From Candidatus Falkowbacteria bacterium (GTDB lineage Bacteria; Patescibacteriota; Patescibacteriia; Patescibacteriales; GWE2-39-37): a stretch of DNA of 64,000 bases. The notes beneath the pieces were generated by a model. It was given only the letters and a program-made list of their open reading frames with translations, made no database searches and was not told the origin of the DNA. Below are positions 57,555 to 64,000 of this stretch, in pieces. Positions within the stretch are counted from its first letter, which is position 1. Each line of letters opens with the position of its first letter. The stretch is taken from positions 206,167 through 270,166 of the forward strand of contig JAAXUA010000001.1 of the NCBI GenBank assembly GCA_013336275.1. The letters are read 5' to 3'. Position numbers and translations under genes: made by a program.

Positions 57555-57797
57555 ATGCCCAAGGAGACGACTAGCCGCAGGACGGTTCGCCGGCCCACAG
57601 TGCCGCAACCACCCGTGCAAAGCCTAAAAACAAGCAGTTGGAAGCTTAAGCGCCTAAGCCAGCTCATGGCCGGCGACCCTTCGATTTGGGGTGTCGCCTG
57701 GGCCTTGTTATGGCGTATTATGGTCTTATTGCTCGCCTTTCGTACCATTATCGTCATTATCAAATCAATATTGTATTATTTAGCTAATATTAGCTAA
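57555..57797 (+). CDS. Small hypothetical membrane protein
   Basis: Basic N-terminus plus hydrophobic C-terminus. Confidence 0.55.
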   Translation: MPKETTSRRTVRRPTVPQPPVQSLKTSSWKLKRLSQLMAGDPSIWGVAWALLWRIMVLLLAFRTIIVIIKSILYYLANIS

Positions 57798-57864
57798 ATA
57801 ATTATTGTAACATTCGCGGGCTTGAAATGTAATATTTAGTATAATAAGTAACTAAAGACACCCT

Positions 57865-59139
57865 ATGAAAAAGACAGCAATTGCCAGTTTCGCGTTGCTC
57901 GCGTTCCTGGTTGCTGGCAACGTCCAAGCGGTCAATTACACCGCCCAAGACGTAGCCACTCACAACACAGCAGCCGACTGCTGGACCACCGTAAACGGCA
58001 AGGTTTACAATTTGACGACCTACATCGCATCCTCATCCCATCCAGGAGGGAATTCAGCGATCACCGGTCTTTGCGGTATCGACAGCACGGCCCAATTCAC
58101 GGCTAAGCACGGTTCGTCCGCTGCAGCCAATGCAGCCTTGGCCAACCTCTTTCTCGGAGACATCTATGTAGCTCCAGTCGTCGACACTACAAAGCCTTCG
58201 ACTCCGACCGGTCTTTCGGCCATCGTGACCACCAGCAGCGTAGCACTGAATTGGAACGCTGCCAGTGATAACGTCGCTGTCACCGGATATAACGTAATGC
58301 GCGGCACTTCAACCATCGCCACTACCACTCAGAGGAATTATACTGATTCCGGACTGGCAGCGAGCACCAGCTACATCTATGCCGTTTCGGCATTCGACGC
58401 TGCGGGGAATACCTCTTCCAGCTCGGCAGCTCTCACCATCAACACTGCCCAGCCGACCCCGGCCAGCACATCGACTGCTACTTCGACCCCGAAGAAGCGC
58501 TTCAAGTTCAAGGGCAACGTCGATAATTTCGCCAAAGTCATCAACATCCGCTCTAATGAGCTGGTCAAGATCTATATTTTCGGCGATGCGACACTTGATC
58601 CGACCCAGATCGACATGAAGACCGTCAAACTGGCTGGCGCATCTGCTGTCCAGTTGGTCCTGCGCGACCTGAACCGCGATAAAAAGATCGATGCTATCGC
58701 ATCCTTCCGCGCCAAGCAGATGACCGAATTCAACAACGCCACATCGAGCGTAACGACTGCCAAGCTCGTTTTCAACACCAAAGATGGCAAGGCCTATGAG
58801 CAAATCATCAAGGTCCGTGTCAAATACTGGAAGACCGAGAAGCAGCGCAAAGAAGAGAAGCGCATGGAAGAGCTTAAGAAGAAAATAGAGAAGCAGAAAG
58901 AACAGCTCAAGAAAGAGGCCGAAAAGAAAAGGGAAGCACTGAAGCAAGCTGCAGAGAAGAAGAAAGCAGCATTAAAGAAAGAAATGGAAAAGAAGCAGGA
59001 GGCCTTGAAGAAAGAGGCCGAAAAGAAAAGGGAAGCACTGAAGCAAGCTGCAGAGAAGAAGGCCCAGCAGATCAAAGGCTGGGAGGACAAAAGTTACGAG
59101 CAACTGAAAAAGCTCGAAGACAGGACTTCGAAAAAGTAA
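57865..59139 (+). CDS. Secreted protein: cytochrome b5-like heme/steroid-binding domain + FN3 + Lys/Glu coiled-coil tail
   Basis: Signal peptide; YT..DV..HN...DCW..VNGKVYNLT...HPGG...F..KH; FN3 DTTKPSTPTGL...WNAASDNVAVTGY...AFDAAGN. Confidence 0.85.
   Translation: MKKTAIASFALLAFLVAGNVQAVNYTAQDVATHNTAADCWTTVNGKVYNLTTYIASSSHPGGNSAITGLCGIDSTAQFTAKHGSSAAANAALANLFLGDIYVAPVVDTTKPSTPTGLSAIVTTSSVALNWNAASDNVAVTGYNVMRGTSTIATTTQRNYTDSGLAASTSYIYAVSAFDAAGNTSSSSAALTINTAQPTPASTSTATSTPKKRFKFKGNVDNFAKVINIRSNELVKIYIFGDATLDPTQIDMKTVKLAGASAVQLVLRDLNRDKKIDAIASFRAKQMTEFNNATSSVTTAKLVFNTKDGKAYEQIIKVRVKYWKTEKQRKEEKRMEELKKKIEKQKEQLKKEAEKKREALKQAAEKKKAALKKEMEKKQEALKKEAEKKREALKQAAEKKAQQIKGWEDKSYEQLKKLEDRTSKK
58909..59061 (+). 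repeat. Exact 54-bp intragenic direct repeat (99-bp period)
   Basis: 58909-58962 equals 59008-59061 (KKEAEKKREALKQAAEKK). Confidence 0.9.
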
Positions 59140-59151
59140 CCACTTTTCAAT

Positions 59152-59184
59152 AAAAAAACCGCGCTGACAAAGCGCGGTTTTTTT
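59152..59184 (+). terminator. Rho-independent terminator
   Basis: aaaaaaaccgcgct-gacaa-agcgcggttttttt. Confidence 0.85.
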
Positions 59185-59300
59185 ATTGAAACTGCGACTT
59201 CCCTGTGCTAAAATTAATAAAAGAGCAGGGCAATGGGGCCTCGGTCCCGATATTTATAAAGAGCCAGGGAAGTACTAGTTCCCTCCTAATCCTCAAAAAA

Positions 59301-59447
59301 ATGGAAGCGGCATTCAAGTTCCTATTCGCCTTCGGCATATTCATCTTCTGTTTGGTAGTTATCGGCTTCTTTATCTTGTTGATAAAATTCCTGCTGCTGT
59401 TTACCGACCACATCCAGATCATGGGCGTGATAATGACCAGCAGCTAG
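59301..59447 (+). CDS. Small hydrophobic membrane protein (48 aa)
   Basis: MEAAFKFLFAFGIFIFCLVVIGFFILLIK...; TTGAAA-17-TAAAAT upstream (59186-59214). Confidence 0.6.
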   Translation: MEAAFKFLFAFGIFIFCLVVIGFFILLIKFLLLFTDHIQIMGVIMTSS

Positions 59448-59562
59448 TATTCGGACACGAACTCTTGATAATAACGATGGCACTTATCCTGTGAACAGGC
59501 CGTCAAGCACAAACTGTCAAAACCCACACGGACAAGGTGTGGTGTTATATCATACACCCTTC

Positions 59563-59590
59563 ATTTCGATTAATCTACATTACGCGAAGT
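59563..59590. other. dif-like tyrosine recombinase site
   Basis: ATTTCGATTAA-TCTACA-TTACGCGAAGT: 11-6-11 imperfect palindrome 56 bp upstream of a Xer gene. Confidence 0.7.
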
Positions 59591-59646
59591 GACATATGGG
59601 TGGTATAACTATACCCAAGGTTAGCTAAAAAATATCGCCCTACCCC

Positions 59647-60612
59647 ATGAGCAAGTCCCAAAAACCTATAATCGACTACCTCTACGACTTCCTCGACTAC
59701 CTCGAGATAGAAAAAGGTCTGGCCTCTGAGTCGCAAAAAAATTATTCACGATTCTTGAAGAAATTTTTCGACTGGCTGGAAGACACTGACTTGGCCGAAC
59801 TCAAGCCAGGCCAGCTGACTGCGGATCATGTCTGGAAGTACCGGCTCTACCTCTCTCGTCACCAAAGCGAACGGAGCAGGGCGAACTTGAAGAAGAGCAC
59901 ACAGAACTACTACCTCATCGCCCTACGCAACCTATTGGCTTACTTCGTGGAAAAGGACATCACTTCCCTGCCGCCTGATAAAATAAAACTGGCCAAAGAG
60001 AAATCGGACAAACAGGTGACCTTTTTAAAAATCGACCAGATCGAAAAGTTGCTCCTAGCTCCGGACACGACCTCGGTCAGCGGCCTCCGTGATCGGGCCA
60101 TCCTTGAGACTCTTTTCTCGACCGGACTGCGGGTGGCCGAGCTGACCCGCCTTGACCGCGACCAGCTGAAAATCAAGCCGGGGAGCAACACCTTTTTAGA
60201 AATCAGCATTACAGGCAAAGGCAGCAAGGTCCGCACCGTCTATTTCTCTGAACGGACAGTGCAGTGGCTAGCCAAATATCTGGCCAAGCGCTCGGACATC
60301 GACCCTGCCCTGTTCATCAACTTCACCACGGCCCAGCAGAAGAGCGAGTCGCGCCGCCTGACCGTCCGCTCGATCGAAAACATCGTCAAGAAATATATCA
60401 AGATTTCCGGACTGCCGATAATGTCCAGCCCGCATACTCTCCGCCACTCATACGCTACTGACCTTTTATCCCAAGGCGTCGACCTGAGGCTGGTCCAAGA
60501 GTTCCTTGGCCACGCCAATATCGCCACTACCCAGATCTATACCCACGTGACCAACAAGCAGCTCCGCGACGTGCACCAGAAATTCCACTCTGGCAAGAAT
60601 CTCAAGAACTAG
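59647..60612 (+). CDS. XerC/XerD-family tyrosine recombinase
   Basis: RDRAILETLFSTGLRVAEL, GKGSK, HTLRHSYAT, LGH, TTQIYTH: complete R-K-H-R-H-Y set. Confidence 0.95.
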   Translation: MSKSQKPIIDYLYDFLDYLEIEKGLASESQKNYSRFLKKFFDWLEDTDLAELKPGQLTADHVWKYRLYLSRHQSERSRANLKKSTQNYYLIALRNLLAYFVEKDITSLPPDKIKLAKEKSDKQVTFLKIDQIEKLLLAPDTTSVSGLRDRAILETLFSTGLRVAELTRLDRDQLKIKPGSNTFLEISITGKGSKVRTVYFSERTVQWLAKYLAKRSDIDPALFINFTTAQQKSESRRLTVRSIENIVKKYIKISGLPIMSSPHTLRHSYATDLLSQGVDLRLVQEFLGHANIATTQIYTHVTNKQLRDVHQKFHSGKNLKN

Positions 60613-60629
60613 CCCTTCCCTGCTATAAC

Positions 60630-60660
60630 AAAAAAGGCCCGGCATTGCTGTCGGGCTTTT
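60630..60660. terminator. Bidirectional terminator
   Basis: aaaaggcccggca-ttgc-tgtcgggctttt between convergent genes. Confidence 0.75.
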
Positions 60661-60680
60661 CGTTTGCGAGATGTGCTTGT

Positions 60681-61355
60681 TCAGATGGACGTTGCGGCCA
60701 GCTGGTTGCGGTTCTGGCGCCTTTTGCCATAGATGGCCAAGGAGGCTAAACCGATTCCCAAAAGGACGCTGGTGGCGGGTTCGGGCACAGGCGCCGACTG
60801 GTCGGTCGGGACGGTCCACTCCCCCCGCAGTTCGGCAAAATCCTCTGCCCGGTAATCGACCATGTCGCTGGCGTACATATTCGGAATGGGTCCGAAGCTG
60901 TTTTCGTGGATGCTTGAGTACATTTGCCACGATCCGTTGTAGTAGTTGGTCTGGAACGTCAGCAGATTGATCTGCCCTTGCGGCGGAGCGTCGATGCTGG
61001 GGGTGTTGTAGAAAAACCAGAAAATGCTGATCCCCAAGGGGCTGCCTTCATAAGTCCTTCCGTCGAAAACGGAATCCCAGACGAGATAATTATCGCTGGA
61101 CCCCCAGGCGCGAACATAGTTTTGGTTCGGCCTATCCCCATGCCAACCCGGATTCAGAATGTTGCCGATTCCGTCGAAGTTGATGCCATTCTCTGGCGAT
61201 GCTGTTGAAAACCGTTGACCAGAGAGGATGAAGCCTTCGACGAAGTTGAAGGGCTCGACCGATACCTGGGCGAATGTTTGCGTCCAGGGCAAAGCGAATG
61301 CGGTGCCGGTGGACAGGATGGCCAAAACGATTACGGATACCAGGATCTTTCTCAT
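60681..61355 (-). CDS. PEP-CTERM sorting-domain protein
   Basis: Signal peptide ...GTAFA; C-terminal VPEPATSVLLGIGLASLAIYGKRR; AGGAGG at 61365-61370. Confidence 0.88.
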   Translation of the reverse strand: MRKILVSVIVLAILSTGTAFALPWTQTFAQVSVEPFNFVEGFILSGQRFSTASPENGINFDGIGNILNPGWHGDRPNQNYVRAWGSSDNYLVWDSVFDGRTYEGSPLGISIFWFFYNTPSIDAPPQGQINLLTFQTNYYNGSWQMYSSIHENSFGPIPNMYASDMVDYRAEDFAELRGEWTVPTDQSAPVPEPATSVLLGIGLASLAIYGKRRQNRNQLAATSI

Positions 61356-61464
61356 TGTTTGTTTCCTCCTTGTGCTGGGTTGACTGCGGATAAGTGTCGT
61401 GCTTCTGAACGATGTTTAAGGTGCTGCCTCAGTGAGGATTTCTTTGGAATTTCCAAATGTCGTT

Positions 61465-61493
61465 ATATTAACACTTATTAACTTTTTTGTCAA
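61465..61493 (-). promoter_or_regulatory. sigma70 promoter of the PEP-CTERM gene
   Basis: TTGACA-17-TAATAT on minus strand. Confidence 0.65.
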
Positions 61494-61508
61494 TGGGTAC
61501 AGAGCAAC

Positions 61509-61536
61509 AAAAAACAGGCCCAACAGGGCCTGTTTT
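61509..61536 (-). terminator. Terminator of the M23 gene
   Basis: aaaacaggccc-aaca-gggcctgtttt. Confidence 0.75.
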
Positions 61537-61544
61537 AACTAATT

Positions 61545-62789
61545 TTACGGAAGATATTCCAGAGGATTTACTGGTATGCCGTTCAATCTGACCTCAAAAT
61601 GAAGGTGGGGACCAGTCGTCAGCTTGCCTGCTCCTGGCGTGCCTGGCATGCCTCCTGAGAGGCCTATAGGCTGCCCCTGGACGACGTATTGGTCCTCTTC
61701 AACCATTATCTTGGAAACGTGGCCGTAGACCGTAGCAAGGTTGTTGCCATGGACGATCATAATGTAGCTATACCCCATGCCCGCATCCTTGGCCCGAGCA
61801 ACGTAGCCTGATGCAGCGGCACGCATGGTCGTTCCCTGCTTGGCGCGGATATCGACGGCTGGGTGCTCGAAGATGTATCGGAAAGGATAATCGGGGTCGT
61901 GGAAATACGTGGTGATGGTGTTCTTGGAAACAGGCCAAATCATCCCGGCAGGATTCTGTTCAAGTTTCTGCTGCTGCTTCTTCGAAAGCTTCTCGCGCAT
62001 CAATTGCTCCAATTGGACGACTTCGGCGGCGGCGGCAGACTGTTCCTGTTTGGCCTGGGCAATCAAGCGCTGGAACTGCTGTTCCGATTCCTCGGTCTGG
62101 ACGACCAAGAAATTCTTATCCTCTTTCTCGCTCTCGAGCGAGACGCGCTTGTCATCAAGGCCCTTTTTCAGTTCAGCCAGCTTCTTGTTTTTCACTTCCA
62201 GAGCGCTCTTCTTCGCCTGAAGATCGTCATGAAGTTTTCTCAAATCCTCAAGGCTGTCAGCCAGTTCCTGATTCACGTCTTCTAGATATTTGACCTGGTT
62301 CATGAACTCTGAAAATGAATCGTTCAGCAACAAGACCTCAAGGGCATTGGCGCGATCCCTTTTGTATAAAAGCTTGAGCACCGTACCGACGTGATCCTTT
62401 TCGCGTTTGATCTCTTCCTCCTTGTTGGTTATCTCAATCGTGGTCTTTTTCATCTCAAGAGTGGTCTCATCGATCTCAACCTGCAGGCGCTCTATCTCCA
62501 ACATGGTCGCAGCGATACGGTTATCCAATACCCCCAGCTGATCAACCAAAGTTGCCTTCTCGTTCTTCTTCTCGGCCAATGCTTTGGCGTACTCCTCCTG
62601 CTTCTTCTGTATTTCTTCTGATTTTTGACGCCTAGCCTTTATTTCCTTATTGATCTTATCAACTTCCCTGTCTATGGTGGCGTTGTCTTCTTGCCCTTGC
62701 ACGAACAAAAAGCCGACAGCGAATAAGATTATCGCCGTAGGCAAGGCAAGCCAGTACATTTTTCTGAAGGGCTGCACGGAGCTTTTCAT
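61545..62789 (-). CDS. M23 peptidase with N-terminal coiled coil (EnvC/CwlO-like)
   Basis: TM, long coiled coil, WPV, HPAVD, YGH, TGPHLHFEVR, VNPLEYL. Start 62789 or 62795. Confidence 0.9.
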   Translation of the reverse strand: MKSSVQPFRKMYWLALPTAIILFAVGFLFVQGQEDNATIDREVDKINKEIKARRQKSEEIQKKQEEYAKALAEKKNEKATLVDQLGVLDNRIAATMLEIERLQVEIDETTLEMKKTTIEITNKEEEIKREKDHVGTVLKLLYKRDRANALEVLLLNDSFSEFMNQVKYLEDVNQELADSLEDLRKLHDDLQAKKSALEVKNKKLAELKKGLDDKRVSLESEKEDKNFLVVQTEESEQQFQRLIAQAKQEQSAAAAEVVQLEQLMREKLSKKQQQKLEQNPAGMIWPVSKNTITTYFHDPDYPFRYIFEHPAVDIRAKQGTTMRAAASGYVARAKDAGMGYSYIMIVHGNNLATVYGHVSKIMVEEDQYVVQGQPIGLSGGMPGTPGAGKLTTGPHLHFEVRLNGIPVNPLEYLP

Positions 62790-62884
62790 GTTCATATTAT
62801 ACCACGATTTTAAAAAATGTAAAAATTCCGCTGCTGCCACAGTGTCATTAATAAATTTTTAATGTATAGTGCTATAATTAAGGC

Positions 62885-63262
62885 ATGAAAGACCTTGAAC
62901 AAATCTTTACTGCGCTCAAGAGCATCCTTGAGCGCTACAACCCGCCTCTGATTGTAAAAGGTGCCAATACCGCCAAGCCACAGTACATTCTTTGGTCGGT
63001 GAAGGATGTTGTAATTGCTGGACGCCCGCGCAAAGAGATCGCTTTTGCCGGCCTAATAATCCAAAAATCATATGTCGGCTTTTACTTTATGCCGACTTAT
63101 GCTAATGACGAATTGAAGAAATTTTTCGCACCTGGCTTGCTGAAGTTGCTTAAGGGTAAAAGCTGCTTCCATATCAAGGAGCTCACCCCGGAGCTGCAAA
63201 AAGAAATCGAGCAGGCGCTTGATCTCGGCTGGAAAAGGTATGAAAAGAATGGCTGGGTTTGA
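62885..63262 (+). CDS. DUF1801/YdhG-like protein
   Basis: FAGLIIQKSYVGFYFMP, LKGKSCFHIK. Confidence 0.7.
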   Translation: MKDLEQIFTALKSILERYNPPLIVKGANTAKPQYILWSVKDVVIAGRPRKEIAFAGLIIQKSYVGFYFMPTYANDELKKFFAPGLLKLLKGKSCFHIKELTPELQKEIEQALDLGWKRYEKNGWV

Positions 63263-63266
63263 CCGT

Positions 63267-63884
63267 TCAAAAAATCTTCGCTCTTTTCGCCCACCAGATC
63301 GCCAAGGCGAATCCGGCAACTGCTAACAATAGCTGGAGCGCGAAAGGCCAAGCTGCGGCATAGGAAAAGATGAATGAGAAAGGCAGCAGGCCTAGGGCTG
63401 TTGCCCAAAAATACGGCGTAAAGCTGATCGAGGTGAAGAGACCTAGGGTGTAGCTTAGCAGATCGGCCGGCAAGATGATGCGCAAGACCACGATAGTGAC
63501 AAACAGGTTGTGTTCACCGATAACTTTCTCTATCCTTTCCAGTTTATCGATTTCAAAAAATCGCGCCACCAGGGGCTTACCGAAACGTCGTGCCAGAAGG
63601 AAGGCGATAACCGAACCCGCCAGCCAGCCAGCGAAACTTATGATTGCGGCCCAGAAACTGCCCCATAACGCCACTGCCAACGGCAAGAGAGGCAAAGCGC
63701 TGACTGGGGCCACTACCGTTGCCAGCAGTTCACCCAAGAAATAAGCGAAAATACCCACGCCATTACGGACTGACATCCACTCCCTGATCGCCTCGGCATA
63801 TCGTCCGGAGTAATATGATGAAACCAGAAACAGTATTATGATAGCAGCTGTAACAAGTATCTCCCTTTTGTGTTTTATGGCCAT
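63267..63884 (-). CDS. TVP38/TMEM64 (DedA superfamily) membrane protein
   Basis: GSVIAFLLARRFGK, LRI.LPADLLSY..G, ATALG..P. Confidence 0.85.
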   Translation of the reverse strand: MAIKHKREILVTAAIIILFLVSSYYSGRYAEAIREWMSVRNGVGIFAYFLGELLATVVAPVSALPLLPLAVALWGSFWAAIISFAGWLAGSVIAFLLARRFGKPLVARFFEIDKLERIEKVIGEHNLFVTIVVLRIILPADLLSYTLGLFTSISFTPYFWATALGLLPFSFIFSYAAAWPFALQLLLAVAGFALAIWWAKRAKIF

Positions 63885-63925
63885 AACATTGCATTTATTC
63901 TCATACCATAGTATAGTATCGCCGC

Positions 63926-64000
63926 ATGAAAAATCGATTAAGCACTAACCTCAAACATATGCGTAAAACATTTTTTGCCTTTTTGGCCGCTAGCCTGCTC
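63926..64000 (+). CDS. Start of a probable secreted protein (partial)
   Basis: Open frame MKNRLSTNLKH-MRKTFFAFLAASLL to the window end; signal-peptide-like from ATG 63959. Confidence 0.5.
   Translation, partial: MKNRLSTNLKHMRKTFFAFLAASLL

Noticed and set aside
59222..59290. Fluoride-riboswitch-like start GGCAATGG in a structured leader
   Set aside because: The remaining pairing and the downstream conserved element do not match; the downstream gene is not a fluoride exporter.
59449..59500. Second dif-like half-site (actcttgataa)
   Set aside because: No matching arm at 6-bp spacing.
59647..60612. Prophage or ICE integrase
   Set aside because: Xer-sized, no arm-binding domain, and no phage or conjugation genes nearby.
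1..64000. Alternative genetic code (UGA=Gly)
   Set aside because: Conserved genes are intact under code 11, and TGA ends several genes (e.g. 17451, 45586, 50589).

Overview
Chromosomal window from a bacterium using genetic code 11 (TGA is a stop). Gene content and architecture point to Patescibacteria/CPR, Parcubacteria-like (inference): two DUF4012 proteins, DUF5679, short AlaRS, RpoA without an alpha-CTD, and core genes without Shine-Dalgarno (SD) motifs. Almost all genes to ~60.6 kb are on +. In order: a partial pyrD-like gene, truncated rplI, pyrG, trxA, a MacAB-like ABC exporter operon, rubrerythrin, mreB, a ~20 kb cell-surface glycosylation region (GT4/GT2/GT-C, epimerase, S8 protease), a degenerate TruD, tgt, mnmA, alaS, the infA-rpmJ-rpsM-rpsK-rpsD-rpoA-rplQ-rplM-rpsI cluster, flippase/GTs, a four-permease ABC-2 system, greA, serS, ftsQ, a secreted cytochrome-b5/FN3 protein, and a Xer recombinase preceded by a dif-like site. 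Most notable unexplained signals: (1) two intergenic hairpins with mostly unrelated 23-24 bp stems but a near-identical 28-nt loop; (2) RpoA whose CTD is replaced by an acidic linker plus an AT-hook motif; (3) a promoter- and terminator-bounded ~95-nt antisense RNA carrying an anti-SD sequence; (4) self-contained accessory cassettes with strong SDs among SD-less or leaderless core genes, including a PEP-CTERM protein next to xer/dif. No rRNA, tRNA, CRISPR array or transposase was recognised. All family calls are by eye; no searches were run.
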